A stretch of DNA of 64,000 nt. Source: Shigella phage vB_SboM_Phaginator. Position numbers and translations under genes: made by a program. The stretch lies in the sequence record OL615012. One strand, 5' to 3'. The notes beneath the pieces are model-generated. The model was given only the letters and a program-made list of their open reading frames with translations. It had not been told where the DNA came from and made no database searches. Shown piece by piece: positions 54,000 through 62,834 of this stretch; positions within the stretch are counted from its first letter, which is position 1, and each line of letters opens with the position of its first letter.

Positions 54000-54029
54000 A
54001 AGAGGGCTTCGGCCCTCTAAGGATTTTTA

Positions 54030-54821
54030 ATGGCAATTGTAGGTGTTCCTGGCTGGATTGGTGAATCTGCCGTGAATGAAACTGGACAACGCTGGATGGA
54101 TGCTGCGATGAAAGCTGTTCGTGTTTCAGTTCCCGGTTGGATGAGTTCAATGGCTGGGCAATCTAAAGAAGTATATTATAGCATTGGTGCTAGCAATTCT
54201 TACAATAAAGACACACTAATAAATTGGATAAAAGCCCAAGGAAGTACTCCTGTTGTTATTACTATTACAGGAAATATTGTTTCTCAATCTACTGGTGTTC
54301 CATGCTTAGATTTTCCTAGCTCATTAACTAATGCGTATGTTACCTTAAATATTAATAGCGGGGTTCATGTATTGGGTCGGGGAGGAAATGGCGGAAGTAA
54401 CTCTGCTGGTGGAGCAGGAGGAACTGCAATAAATAACGGAATTGGAACTCGTTTAAGAATAAACAATAACGGTATTATTGGTGGCGGTGGCGGTGGCGGT
54501 GCTGGTGCTAGATACCATCCTTTCCCTCAAATGGATATGATATTTGGTGGAGGCGGAGGTCGTCCATTTGGCGCAGCTGGCGCAGCAGGAGGTGGCGCAG
54601 CAGCAGCATCTGCTGGTACAATTTCTGCTCCTGGTAAAGGTACTGTTTCTGGGGTTCACTATGGAGGAAATGGTGGAGATTTGGGAGCTGCTGGCAAGTC
54701 TTCATATATTCAAGGCGGTACTGGAGGAACTGTTCACTCGGGCGGTGCGGCTGGTAAAGCTGTTACTGGTAATGCTCCAACTTGGACTAAAGTTGGCACA
54801 ATATATGGTTCAAGAGTATAA
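54030..54821 (+). CDS. 38: Receptor-recognising adhesin gp38 (T2-type, glycine-rich motifs)
   Basis: 263 aa; conserved N-terminus MAIVGVPGWIGESAVNETGQRWMDAAMKA…; C-terminal half has poly-Gly runs (GGGGGGAGA, GGGGGRPFG) separated by variable segments. Confidence 0.85.
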   Translation: MAIVGVPGWIGESAVNETGQRWMDAAMKAVRVSVPGWMSSMAGQSKEVYYSIGASNSYNKDTLINWIKAQGSTPVVITITGNIVSQSTGVPCLDFPSSLTNAYVTLNINSGVHVLGRGGNGGSNSAGGAGGTAINNGIGTRLRINNNGIIGGGGGGGAGARYHPFPQMDMIFGGGGGRPFGAAGAAGGGAAAASAGTISAPGKGTVSGVHYGGNGGDLGAAGKSSYIQGGTGGTVHSGGAAGKAVTGNAPTWTKVGTIYGSRV

Positions 54822-54853
54822 TTTTTGAATAAATATCCTTAAAAGGAGGGTCT

Positions 54854-55510
54854 ATGGCAGCACCTAGAATATCATTTTCGCCCTCTGATATTCTATTTGG
54901 TGTTCTAGATCGCTTGTTCAAAGATAACGCTACCGGGAAAGTTCTTGCTTCCCGGGTAGCTGTCGTAATTCTTTTATTTATGATGGCGATTGTTTGGTAT
55001 AGGGGAGATAGTTTCTTTGAGTACTATAAGCAATCAAAGTATGAAACATACAGTGAAATTATTGAAAAGGAAAGAAATGCACGCTTTGAATCTGTCGCCC
55101 TGGAACAACTCCAGATAGTTCATATATCATCTGAGGCAGACTTTAGTGCGGTGTATTCTTTCCGCCCTAAAAACTTAAACTATTTTGTTGATATTATAGC
55201 ATACGAAGGAAAATTACCTTCAACAATAAGTGAAAAATCACTTGGAGGATATCCTGTTGATAAAACTATGGATGAATATACAGTTCATTTAAATGGACGT
55301 CATTATTATTCCAACTCAAAATTTGCTTTTTTACCAACTAAAAAGCCTACTCCCGAAATAAATTACATGTACAGTTGTCCATATTTCAATTTGGATAATA
55401 TCTATGCTGGAACAATAACCATGTACTGGTATAGAAATGATCATATAAGTAATGACCGCCTTGAATCAATATGTGCTCAGGCGGCCAGAATATTAGGAAG
55501 GGCTAAATAA
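54854..55510 (+). CDS. t: Holin T
   Basis: 218 aa, MAAPRISFSPSDILFGVLDRLFKDNATGKVLASRVAVVILLFMMAIVWY…; one TMD plus large periplasmic domain. Confidence 0.95.
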   Translation: MAAPRISFSPSDILFGVLDRLFKDNATGKVLASRVAVVILLFMMAIVWYRGDSFFEYYKQSKYETYSEIIEKERNARFESVALEQLQIVHISSEADFSAVYSFRPKNLNYFVDIIAYEGKLPSTISEKSLGGYPVDKTMDEYTVHLNGRHYYSNSKFAFLPTKKPTPEINYMYSCPYFNLDNIYAGTITMYWYRNDHISNDRLESICAQAARILGRAK

Positions 55511-55783
55511 TTATTTGTTCGTATACATCTCTAGATATCGATATACACCCTCAAAACCCTCGTTGAATTCGTCGATGAGGGTTTTTTTATCTTCTTGAGT
55601 TAATTCAGAAACAATTTTACGGAATGAATTCTGATTTAATTTTCTACCTTCATGCGTTACTCCAATCTCATTCAGAAATGCAATAAAATTAGCACGATTC
55701 TCAACAATATCTTCTCTGGAAAATTTAATCAAAATAGACGCAACAGTAATAATTTCACGAACTGTATCAATGTTTTTATTCAT
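55511..55783 (-). CDS. asiA: Anti-sigma-70 factor AsiA
   Basis: 90 aa, MNKNIDTVREIITVASILIKFSREDIVENRANFIAFLNEIG…. Confidence 0.95.
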   Translation of the reverse strand: MNKNIDTVREIITVASILIKFSREDIVENRANFIAFLNEIGVTHEGRKLNQNSFRKIVSELTQEDKKTLIDEFNEGFEGVYRYLEMYTNK

Positions 55784-55795
55784 TAACTATACCAC

Positions 55796-55948
55796 TCAAT
55801 TAGTTGACTTTATTATAATATCATCAGACGCTTGATTTGTAAACTGGTCTGTGTTATTTTCTTCAAAAATTTTTTCTACGAATTCCTTGAACGACTCACG
55901 TTCCTGAGCTACATTATGCTCGATTACCTTTTCAAGATTATGACTCAT
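55796..55948 (-). CDS. Small acidic protein (asiA.1-like position)
   Basis: 50-aa ORF below the track cutoff, translated by hand (MSHNLEKVIEHNVAQERESFKEF…); ATGA overlap with the arn stop. Confidence 0.45.
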   Translation of the reverse strand: MSHNLEKVIEHNVAQERESFKEFVEKIFEENNTDQFTNQASDDIIIKSTN

Positions 55949-56223
55949 TCGAAATAATCTTCAATTTCATAATCATGGACATAAATCATTATAGTTTTTA
56001 ATACATCATCAATACTTTTTCCTGGAGTTGGAATTACGTAAAAATATCCTGCTTTTGAGAGGTCTTTATAAGTTCCAATCAAGAAATCATTATTCTCAAG
56101 ATGTAGTTCTTCAACTAATTCATTAACAATTGAGTGGTATAAATTTGGTAGAAACTTATATAGCTTTTCTAGAATATCAATTTTGATTGTATAATGAACC
56201 ACGGACTGAGAATCAATAATCAT
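55945..56223 (-). CDS. arn: Arn anti-restriction protein (inhibitor of McrBC)
   Basis: 92 aa, MIIDSQSVVHYTIKIDILEKLYKFLPNLYHSIVNELVEELHLENNDF…; matches T4 Arn as recalled. Confidence 0.8.
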   Translation of the reverse strand: MIIDSQSVVHYTIKIDILEKLYKFLPNLYHSIVNELVEELHLENNDFLIGTYKDLSKAGYFYVIPTPGKSIDDVLKTIMIYVHDYEIEDYFE

Positions 56224-56306
56224 AGACCTTCCCCTTATGTTTCTGTTTGCGATTAGATTCTTTAAACGCTTTCTTCTTATCCTTATGAACAGAAGCTTTA
56301 TTAAAA

Positions 56307-56525
56307 TTATGTTTTGCGACTAAATTGTTCATAGTGCTGAATTACCTCTCTTAAACATTTGCATGTGAATGAAAACTTTTTAGCTACACCACATTCAAAT
56401 ATATGTTCTCTTAAATCGCGTGTATCGGTATATCCCATCTCAACAATAAAGTGCCTTATCAGATTTTTATCTTTATCATTGAGAGAATTAAAATAGTCAG
56501 ATTTTGAATTAATTTCCCTGGCCAA
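56307..56525 (-). CDS. Hypothetical protein (arn-motA interval)
   Basis: 72-aa ORF with Cys residues. Confidence 0.5.
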   Translation of the reverse strand: MAREINSKSDYFNSLNDKDKNLIRHFIVEMGYTDTRDLREHIFECGVAKKFSFTCKCLREVIQHYEQFSRKT

Positions 56526-56805
56526 ATTGAATCACCTTCAGTTGACGTTTTAACTCTGTTATCATTTCTTCGTTCATCGCAATATAAAGATCGCGTAAAG
56601 CAGGTTTTAGCATGTCATTTATTATAGAACTAAATGGGCATACATATTCTTTTCCTACAAGCTTTTTGGTGAATTCCATATCACAGAACTTAAATCCCGG
56701 CTCATTGGTATAAATTCCCCAATTAGTTGACATCATTTTATTGGCATATTCTAGTGCCTGGATTTGATTCATAATTCCATCAATTTGAAACTTTTTAATA
56801 TTCAT
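56509..56805 (-). CDS. Hypothetical protein (arn-motA interval)
   Basis: 98-aa ORF. Confidence 0.55.
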   Translation of the reverse strand: MNIKKFQIDGIMNQIQALEYANKMMSTNWGIYTNEPGFKFCDMEFTKKLVGKEYVCPFSSIINDMLKPALRDLYIAMNEEMITELKRQLKVIQFGQGN

Positions 56806-57266
56806 TAGTAAAGGTCCTCAGAGTAAAGTTCTTTTTCACTACCACCACGTTCAATACGTACTTGTCCAGCGTAAGTTGCAATAATCATTGCTTCTTCGCG
56901 AGTCCAATAATTACTATATTGGTCAATAAATCCTTGGTCATCATCACAAACTTGCTGAGTAACTAATTGGGGTTTAACTACATCTAAAACTTCGGCCATA
57001 TCTTTAGAATAATGACGAGCACCTGGAATAATAAGAGTTCGTCCATCTTTTAATTTAAAACGATTGGCTGCGCAAACAATTCGTCGTTGATATTTTTGAT
57101 TTTCGTCCCAATACGCAGTCTGCCAACAGATTTCAGGAACTTCTTTCAGAATATCTTCTTCTGTGCATTTATAACCGTGTGCTTTAAATTTTTGAACGAG
57201 ACTCTCCGGAGTTTCACGAGATAAAGGAACATTCAGCATTTTTAAACGATTAATAAATGGATTCAT
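56805..57266 (-). CDS. Hypothetical protein (arn-motA interval)
   Basis: 153-aa ORF with ATGA/TAATG overlaps to neighbours. Confidence 0.6.
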   Translation of the reverse strand: MNPFINRLKMLNVPLSRETPESLVQKFKAHGYKCTEEDILKEVPEICWQTAYWDENQKYQRRIVCAANRFKLKDGRTLIIPGARHYSKDMAEVLDVVKPQLVTQQVCDDDQGFIDQYSNYWTREEAMIIATYAGQVRIERGGSEKELYSEDLY

Positions 57267-57592
57267 TTAAACCATCCTTTAATACGCTGCCACAAAGTTT
57301 TCTGTTGAGCTTTGTTAACACCAATTGAGCGAATAACTGGTTGAGATTCCTGGAATTCTTTATAATCATCAAGGTAAATTTCGTAAGCTGCATCCGTAAA
57401 GGAACTTATCGCTGCCATAAAATTATTGCGAATACCTACTGGAGCATCTTTACTTTCACGAATAATCATGTATTTACCAGTCTTAATCTTTACGATAGTT
57501 CCAAGATAAGCTCCATGATACCAGATGTCCCACCCCTCTTGAGTGGGTTCTGCGCAACGACGAAGTTCATTGATAATTTCTAACTTGTTCAT
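57263..57592 (-). CDS. Hypothetical protein (motA.1-like position)
   Basis: 109-aa ORF. Confidence 0.55.
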   Translation of the reverse strand: MNKLEIINELRRCAEPTQEGWDIWYHGAYLGTIVKIKTGKYMIIRESKDAPVGIRNNFMAAISSFTDAAYEIYLDDYKEFQESQPVIRSIGVNKAQQKTLWQRIKGWFK

Positions 57593-57602
57593 TATTTATT
57601 CC

Positions 57603-58238
57603 TCACAGTTCAGATGCTACAGTGATTACTGCTTCAATGTTTTCTTCCGAGCGTTTAATGTCAAGATACACATTACCGTTTTTAGCAATTTTACATGACA
57701 TTCCGATATCAGTAAATTTCTGAATATGATGTTCCATCATTTTGTATCCAAAAATTCGCATATTTCCATTATTGTTAATTTCAAAATTGCGAATTCCGTG
57801 GGTGCGTTTTTCTAAAATAGCGAGATAGTTACTGCGATAAGTTTCAACCTTTTTAAGAACAAATCCATTTTCATCCAAAAGTTTTAACATGAAGTCTTTA
57901 TCTTCTTCCATATCAGAAGTAATCTCACGAGCTTTACGAGTTGCTCGTTTTTTCAGCAGTTCCGGAGCATTTTCTTGTGCGTATAAAGTTGCTGCATTTG
58001 AAATAATATCCTGAGCTTCACCAGTAATGATTAATCCATCACCAGATTTCTCCACCAGGCCTTTTTTAATCAATACACCAATATTACTATTAACTACTGC
58101 ATTACCTAAATCTGGATGCACCTTACGAACTTCTGCAGCTGTAATAAAATCTTTCTTAGCAATGGTAATTAAAATCGCAGCAGTTTTTTCATTCAGAACA
58201 TCGTTAGAAGCTTTGATGATGTAAGTTACTTTAGACAT
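57603..58238 (-). CDS. motA: Middle-promoter transcription activator MotA
   Basis: 211 aa, MSKVTYIIKASNDVLNEKTAAILITIAKKDFITAAEVRKVHPDLG…. Confidence 0.95.
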   Translation of the reverse strand: MSKVTYIIKASNDVLNEKTAAILITIAKKDFITAAEVRKVHPDLGNAVVNSNIGVLIKKGLVEKSGDGLIITGEAQDIISNAATLYAQENAPELLKKRATRKAREITSDMEEDKDFMLKLLDENGFVLKKVETYRSNYLAILEKRTHGIRNFEINNNGNMRIFGYKMMEHHIQKFTDIGMSCKIAKNGNVYLDIKRSEENIEAVITVASEL

Positions 58239-58278
58239 TTTCTAATCTCCGTAATTCTGTATCAGTATTTGATAGTTG

Positions 58279-58309
58279 TATAGTACCACAGTATGCTTTG
58301 GTTGTAAAC
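58279..58309 (-). promoter_or_regulatory. Early promoter upstream of motA
   Basis: Minus strand GTTTAC, 18-nt spacer, TACTAT; same ~45-bp cassette as at 41063-41135 and 62133-62190. Confidence 0.45.
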
Positions 58310-58334
58310 CGTTTTGTGAAAAAAATTTTTGAAA

Positions 58335-58361
58335 TAAAAAAGGGAGAGCCTCGGCTCTCCC
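58335..58361 (-). terminator. Intrinsic terminator downstream of the 49-aa membrane peptide gene
   Basis: Minus strand: hairpin gggagagc-cgag-gctctccc followed by TTTTTTATTTC. Confidence 0.6.
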
Positions 58362-58366
58362 TAAAA

Positions 58367-58516
58367 TTACTGCATGACTGTGATAACTGTCATGATAACA
58401 CGTTGAATTCCGAACGCAAGAAGACCTCCTGCTACGGCTGGAACAACACCTAAACCCGCCAGTAAAATGCTACCGGATACTAATGCAGCGCTTGTAATAC
58501 CAATGAATGGACTCAT
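58367..58516 (-). CDS. Small hydrophobic membrane peptide
   Basis: 49-aa ORF translated by hand (MSPFIGITSAALVSGSILLAGLGVVPAVAGGLLAFGIQRVIMTVITVMQ); ATGA overlap with the gene 52 stop; terminator follows. Confidence 0.5.
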   Translation of the reverse strand: MSPFIGITSAALVSGSILLAGLGVVPAVAGGLLAFGIQRVIMTVITVMQ

Positions 58517-59841
58517 TTGATTTCCTCTAAATCTTTAGTGTATTCAGTAACTACATCAGTAGTTTTCCAATATTCGTTTTCTTCTTTTTTAGCTTTAGCT
58601 TCTTCAGCAAGTTTCTTCGCTTCATCGGAAGTCATATGAAAAATATTCATTCCAACTAGTTTATCAACATAAGAAGAATACATATCGATTTTCGAAAGTT
58701 CTTCGGTCAGTTCTTTACGAGTTTTACCCTGTACAACAATTTCACCTGAAATTACTTTCTTAATGAAATGTGCCTTGGCAAAGGCTAAACGAAAAGCGGA
58801 CTCAGTTTCTTTGATTTTGTTATCAATTCGTTTTTGGACATAAGTTTTACGAACTTCAACAAAGTCTTTAATTAAATCAACTACGTTATCGTAAACTTGC
58901 AGTTTTCCTTTCTCATTAATGACGGTAATATTCTGAGAACGACGCTCAATCAACCCGAAGTCTTTCATAATTTTTGCATGGCGTTCTTCTTCATTATCGC
59001 TCAAAGAATATTCTTTACGGAATTTAACTTTGAATCCAAAACCATGCTCACCACAAGCATCATCCCATGTAATGAAGCCTTTATCTTCAAGTGGGTCTAA
59101 GATTTTACTCACATAAGTTTCACGATCATACTTATACGGAATCTCAGTGATATGCATTTGAGTTCGTGAAGTAAACTTATATGTTCCACGAATTTCATAT
59201 TGCCCATCAATTTCAACGACTTCACCACGAAATTCTGGGAATTCTACCTTCGGTTTAGTTACTTTCTTTCCTTGAAGAGCTTGCAGTACAGCTTTCTTAA
59301 CAGAAGAAACACTATGAGGAAGAATGTAAGTTGCATAACCAGTTGCAATACCGGAAACGCCATTAAGAAGAACAGTAGGAATAATAGGCAAATAGAAAGC
59401 AGGCGGAATGTGTTCTTTATCTTGATGTACCGGAGCATATTCAGTATCTTTATATACGTTATAGAAATTTTTACTTACACGAGCAAAAATATAACGACTT
59501 GCTGCTGCTTTTTGGACGGTACGAGAACCAAAGTTTCCTTGACCATCTAACAGAGGAAAATTATTATTCCAAGTATTAGCCATCAAAGCACCTGCATCTT
59601 GTGCAGAGTTTTCGCCATGGTGATATCCAAGGTCCGCTACACCACCTGCAATAGAAGCGAGTTTGTGAAACTTATCTTTATTTCCTCGTGCCAAATCAAG
59701 AGCTCGAGCAATAACAAATCGTTGAACTGGCTTAAATCCGTCAATCATATTTGGAATGGCACGATTTTCAACCGTGTACATAGCATAAGCCAATGCTTCA
59801 TTATCAATGATACTTTTTAAATCGCGATTATTCAGTTGCAT
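58513..59841 (-). CDS. 52: DNA topoisomerase II medium subunit gp52
   Basis: 442 aa, MQLNNRDLKSIIDNEALAYAMYTVENRAIPNMIDGFKPVQRFV…. Confidence 0.95.
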   Translation of the reverse strand: MQLNNRDLKSIIDNEALAYAMYTVENRAIPNMIDGFKPVQRFVIARALDLARGNKDKFHKLASIAGGVADLGYHHGENSAQDAGALMANTWNNNFPLLDGQGNFGSRTVQKAAASRYIFARVSKNFYNVYKDTEYAPVHQDKEHIPPAFYLPIIPTVLLNGVSGIATGYATYILPHSVSSVKKAVLQALQGKKVTKPKVEFPEFRGEVVEIDGQYEIRGTYKFTSRTQMHITEIPYKYDRETYVSKILDPLEDKGFITWDDACGEHGFGFKVKFRKEYSLSDNEEERHAKIMKDFGLIERRSQNITVINEKGKLQVYDNVVDLIKDFVEVRKTYVQKRIDNKIKETESAFRLAFAKAHFIKKVISGEIVVQGKTRKELTEELSKIDMYSSYVDKLVGMNIFHMTSDEAKKLAEEAKAKKEENEYWKTTDVVTEYTKDLEEIK

Positions 59842-59845
59842 AAAT

Positions 59846-59986
59846 TTACCATACTAGTGAATGTAGTGCCATAATAACATCAGAAATGAAAAGCACGACT
59901 TGAATTAATCCGAACATTACTCCATAATATAGTGCTACCAATAAAGTAGCAAGGGCTAATGAATAGCCCAAGATTTTCTTAATCAT
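59846..59986 (-). CDS. Small hydrophobic membrane peptide
   Basis: 46-aa ORF translated by hand (MIKKILGYSLALATLLVALYYGVMFGLIQVVLFISDVIMALHSLVW). Confidence 0.45.
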   Translation of the reverse strand: MIKKILGYSLALATLLVALYYGVMFGLIQVVLFISDVIMALHSLVW

Positions 59987-60137
59987 TAGTAGATAACAAC
60001 ACAAATGTTAAATATGCACACATACCCTGGGCTAAAGCTTGTGAAAACACACTGCTAGCATCGATACAGATAGTTAAAACACATGCTACTATCCAACAAA
60101 TAAATGAAATAACTCCTAATAATTTTGCGATATTCAT
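59979..60137 (-). CDS. Small hydrophobic membrane peptide (possibly ac-like)
   Basis: 52-aa ORF translated by hand (MNIAKLLGVISFICWIVACVLTICIDASSVFSQALAQGMCAYLTFVLLSTND); sits where I recall T4 ac. Confidence 0.45.
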   Translation of the reverse strand: MNIAKLLGVISFICWIVACVLTICIDASSVFSQALAQGMCAYLTFVLLSTND

Positions 60138-60144
60138 ATTTTCC

Positions 60145-60225
60145 TCACTGGCGTCCGAAGACGCCTTTGGTTTTAAGATTGTTACGATAGAACTGCATCA
60201 CATGTTCGTTATGGAAATTACTCAT
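60145..60225 (-). CDS. stp: Stp peptide (activator of the host PrrC anticodon nuclease)
   Basis: 26-aa ORF translated by hand: [26 protein letters not shown], matching T4 Stp as recalled; TAATG overlap with the ndd stop. Confidence 0.75.
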
Positions 60226-60683
60226 TAATATGCCTGCAAAACAAATTTAAAGTTATCAGCCAACATACGGTTCATTTCTTCAAGTGTTTGATACTCAGAA
60301 TGATGATTACGAGTAAACGCTAAAGCTAACTGACCTTTTCCAAATCCCGTCGTCAGAGGTTTCATCTTAGAAGCAGGCAGATAAAACACCGTGTATACCA
60401 TATTGTTATTTGCAATAGTACGCGCAAGTTGAGATCGGCGTTGACGAATATGACTTAGAACTGCACTGAATCCTTGCTTAGAGCGCTGATTACCTACATA
60501 AAATCGTGCAGACACACATGGATTACTAAATGGACGATCATCTAATTTACTCACTAAAAAGTAAAATCCAGGTTTAGATAAAATATCTTTGTGTGGAGTT
60601 CCCAAAAACCACTCACCGTTCTTGATTGTACCAATAACGGTAGCGCCTGCATTATTCAGATCAGTAACAGTCATATATTTCAT
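60225..60683 (-). CDS. ndd: Nucleoid disruption protein Ndd
   Basis: 152 aa, [42 protein letters not shown]…. Confidence 0.9.
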
Positions 60684-60742
60684 TTTAATTTCCTCTAATT
60701 ATTTTCTACTCCAAGGCCGCATGAATACATACGGCCGATAAA

Positions 60743-60958
60743 TTAATCGTCGCAGTCGACGCTCAATTCCCAAAACTCTTCTACAGTATAAGTTTCAGTA
60801 TCATTTTCAATACAGAAACGTTCATTACTGTTATTTGCTAAAGTAGCGTTAACTGTCATTTTCTCGCTAGTGCTCTTAAGAGGTGAAATACGAATTAACT
60901 GATCACCGTTATCTAAACAGAAAATTTCACCAACTTTTACATCTTTAAAACTTTTCAT
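60743..60958 (-). CDS. Hypothetical protein (ndd.1-like)
   Basis: 71-aa ORF. Confidence 0.55.
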   Translation of the reverse strand: MKSFKDVKVGEIFCLDNGDQLIRISPLKSTSEKMTVNATLANNSNERFCIENDTETYTVEEFWELSVDCDD

Positions 60959-61073
60959 AATTCACCTCAAGGAGTATAAAATCCGAATGCAGTTGTTGAC
61001 CATCCCATCCAGTATGGGAAATTTGCACCAATGTAAAACATAAGAATATAAAACCAAATGCTTAGTAAATTCA

Positions 61074-61292
61074 TTATTTTACACCATTCCAAATTGTTTC
61101 AACCACAGATTTTAAGCCATTTTGATGAATGTCCATTCCGACAATTGCCATCAAATAGATTCCAACCACAACTGAACCCAAGGCGAAAATCAGCATGAAA
61201 ATGAATAAAGCCGGAAAAATATTATCGAAAAACCATTCAATAAATGTAAAAGCACTGCGTTTACGCTTCATATTTTCCTCACATAAATCCAA
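61074..61292 (-). CDS. Hypothetical membrane protein
   Basis: 72-aa ORF with a hydrophobic core (FPALFIFMLIFALGSVVVGIYLMAIVG). Confidence 0.5.
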   Translation of the reverse strand: MDLCEENMKRKRSAFTFIEWFFDNIFPALFIFMLIFALGSVVVGIYLMAIVGMDIHQNGLKSVVETIWNGVK

Positions 61293-61527
61293 AGTAAGCG
61301 TTTAATACATCAATCATTAAAACGATTGGGAATATACTCAAAACTATTAGTATTATAACTACATTCCATATAGCTTTAATAATCTTTTTCATTTTCTGTT
61401 CCTCCGTAGTTGATAGGGTAATAGTACCACAGAGGAACAGTCTTGTAAACAACTTTTTTAAAAATATTCGTAATAAATGTGAATACCAACTACTACCGCT
61501 GAAACTTGCGCAACCCACCATGCACAA
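61279..61527 (-). CDS. Hypothetical membrane protein (start uncertain)
   Basis: 82-aa track ORF; the internal Met (MKKIIKAIWNVVIILIVLSIFPIVL…) may be the true start. Confidence 0.45.
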   Translation of the reverse strand: MCMVGCASFSGSSWYSHLLRIFLKKLFTRLFLCGTITLSTTEEQKMKKIIKAIWNVVIILIVLSIFPIVLMIDVLNAYFGFM

Positions 61528-61635
61528 GCAATAAGTACAGAATTCAAAATTTTCATAATAACCTCATCACAAAAGTAAATGTTAAACAAATTAATGGAAT
61601 ACTAATTAACCAAATAAAACACCACCACAATGAAC

Positions 61636-61908
61636 TCATAGTTCAATCTCAGCGATTTTCATTTCATTACTATTAATAGCCGCTTTAAGACTATCTGAAA
61701 GAATTACATTCCAGTGGTCATTCATATGACCATTAACTAAACGTGTAATTTCTTCAGGAGTTGAAAAATAAGGCGTATCAGACTCCCAATGCGATAGTCC
61801 CAAGCGAGTATAAATCATACCTTCATCATCGCTAGAATATTCAACTGACACAAACTCATCAGTTATTTTATGTTTAGCGTAATAAAATTTAAATTTCATT
61901 TTACTCAA
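61636..61908 (-). CDS. Hypothetical protein
   Basis: 90-aa ORF. Confidence 0.55.
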   Translation of the reverse strand: MSKMKFKFYYAKHKITDEFVSVEYSSDDEGMIYTRLGLSHWESDTPYFSTPEEITRLVNGHMNDHWNVILSDSLKAAINSNEMKIAEIEL

Positions 61909-62111
61909 TAATCCGCTAAAAGATCGACGATTGCATCACGAAGACACTTATTCGCAATACGCTTAAGAGCAATTTCAGTTTCTGGAGCATTTTGAATAAT
62001 CATTGAATTCAATTCAGCCTCAGCAAACTGAAGTTCTTTAACTAATTCAGCTTTATATTTTCCTTGCCCTTTCTTAGCTTTTGCTCGTTTTAATTCAGCT
62101 GTAGTAAACAT
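61905..62111 (-). CDS. Hypothetical protein
   Basis: Trimmed from the 101-aa track ORF to the internal ATG (MFTTAELKRAKAKKGQGKYK…), which has GGAG 7 nt upstream; the track N-terminus runs across the promoter. Confidence 0.55.
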   Translation of the reverse strand: MFTTAELKRAKAKKGQGKYKAELVKELQFAEAELNSMIIQNAPETEIALKRIANKCLRDAIVDLLADY

Positions 62112-62146
62112 TTTATTCTCCAAATCCGTATCAGTTGATAGTTGTA

Positions 62147-62175
62147 TAGTACCACAGTCCTTGTGGTATGTAAAC
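62147..62175 (-). promoter_or_regulatory. Early promoter downstream of denB, driving the next small ORF
   Basis: Minus strand GTTTAC, 17-nt spacer, TACTAT; shares the gttgtatagtaccaca…gtaaaccgttttgtgaaaa cassette. Confidence 0.45.
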
Positions 62176-62191
62176 CGTTTTGTGAAAATTT

Positions 62192-62749
62192 TTAAATGGA
62201 AAGATACCATCCGTTGTAGTTGCTTTTTCTTACAACTTTACGAAGGTCTTCTCTATCACCGATGAACTTCGGAGTGTATTGGATGACACCTGGATGAATT
62301 TCTTTAGTGTTGAATATAATTATACAGTCAGCGACTTGGTGATTCAGAATGGGCCCTAGATTTATTCCAGAACCGTATGGATATTCTCCGCTGCATCCAG
62401 TTGTTACCGAAATCCAACGTGAGTCAGTTTGGTGTGTCTTAACTTCTACACGAAGCCCGCAGTATTTTGGATGCGCCAATACATCCCATGCATATGTGTA
62501 CGGATCATCGACATCTTCTTGACCTTTGTTAACATACCCGCTCAGCCAATCTGCTACCACATACTCGGCATACACAGCAATACGGCATCTTTCGATAACT
62601 TCTGCTTTATCCTGGTTCGGGTTTTGTTTTAAAGAGTATCTTGCTGTATCAGCAATTTTGGCCTTCATTTCACTAGTCAAGTCACTGTTCGATAGGGTAA
62701 ATGTCGGAATCTGAAATAGTCTCTGTAAACCCGGATTCGTTTTCTGCAT
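62192..62749 (-). CDS. denB: Endonuclease IV
   Basis: 185 aa, MQKTNPGLQRLFQIPTFTLSNSDLTSEMKAKIADTARYSLKQ…. Confidence 0.9.
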   Translation of the reverse strand: MQKTNPGLQRLFQIPTFTLSNSDLTSEMKAKIADTARYSLKQNPNQDKAEVIERCRIAVYAEYVVADWLSGYVNKGQEDVDDPYTYAWDVLAHPKYCGLRVEVKTHQTDSRWISVTTGCSGEYPYGSGINLGPILNHQVADCIIIFNTKEIHPGVIQYTPKFIGDREDLRKVVRKSNYNGWYLSI

Positions 62750-62834
62750 TTAAACTTTCCTTTATGTCGGAATCACTGATATTCATACAATAAATCATAG
62801 TTTTCCTTAAAACAAAAGGGCCGAAGCCCTTATT

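Noticed and set aside
54470-54610. Short tandem ggtggcggtggcggtggc repeats that might suggest a CRISPR or VNTR array
   Set aside because: The repeats are in-frame Gly codons within gp38 with no spacer/repeat periodicity; there is no CRISPR array.
54453-54828. ORFs of 68, 65 and 94 aa overlapping gene 38 on both strands
   Set aside because: They lie inside or antisense to the glycine-rich (GC-rich GGT/GGC repeat) part of gp38; low-complexity repeats create spurious open frames, and gp38 is the conserved frame.
62112-62210. N-terminal 33 codons of the 101-aa ORF 61905-62210
   Set aside because: This stretch covers the early promoter and transcription start; the internal ATG at 62111 with GGAG SD is the credible start.
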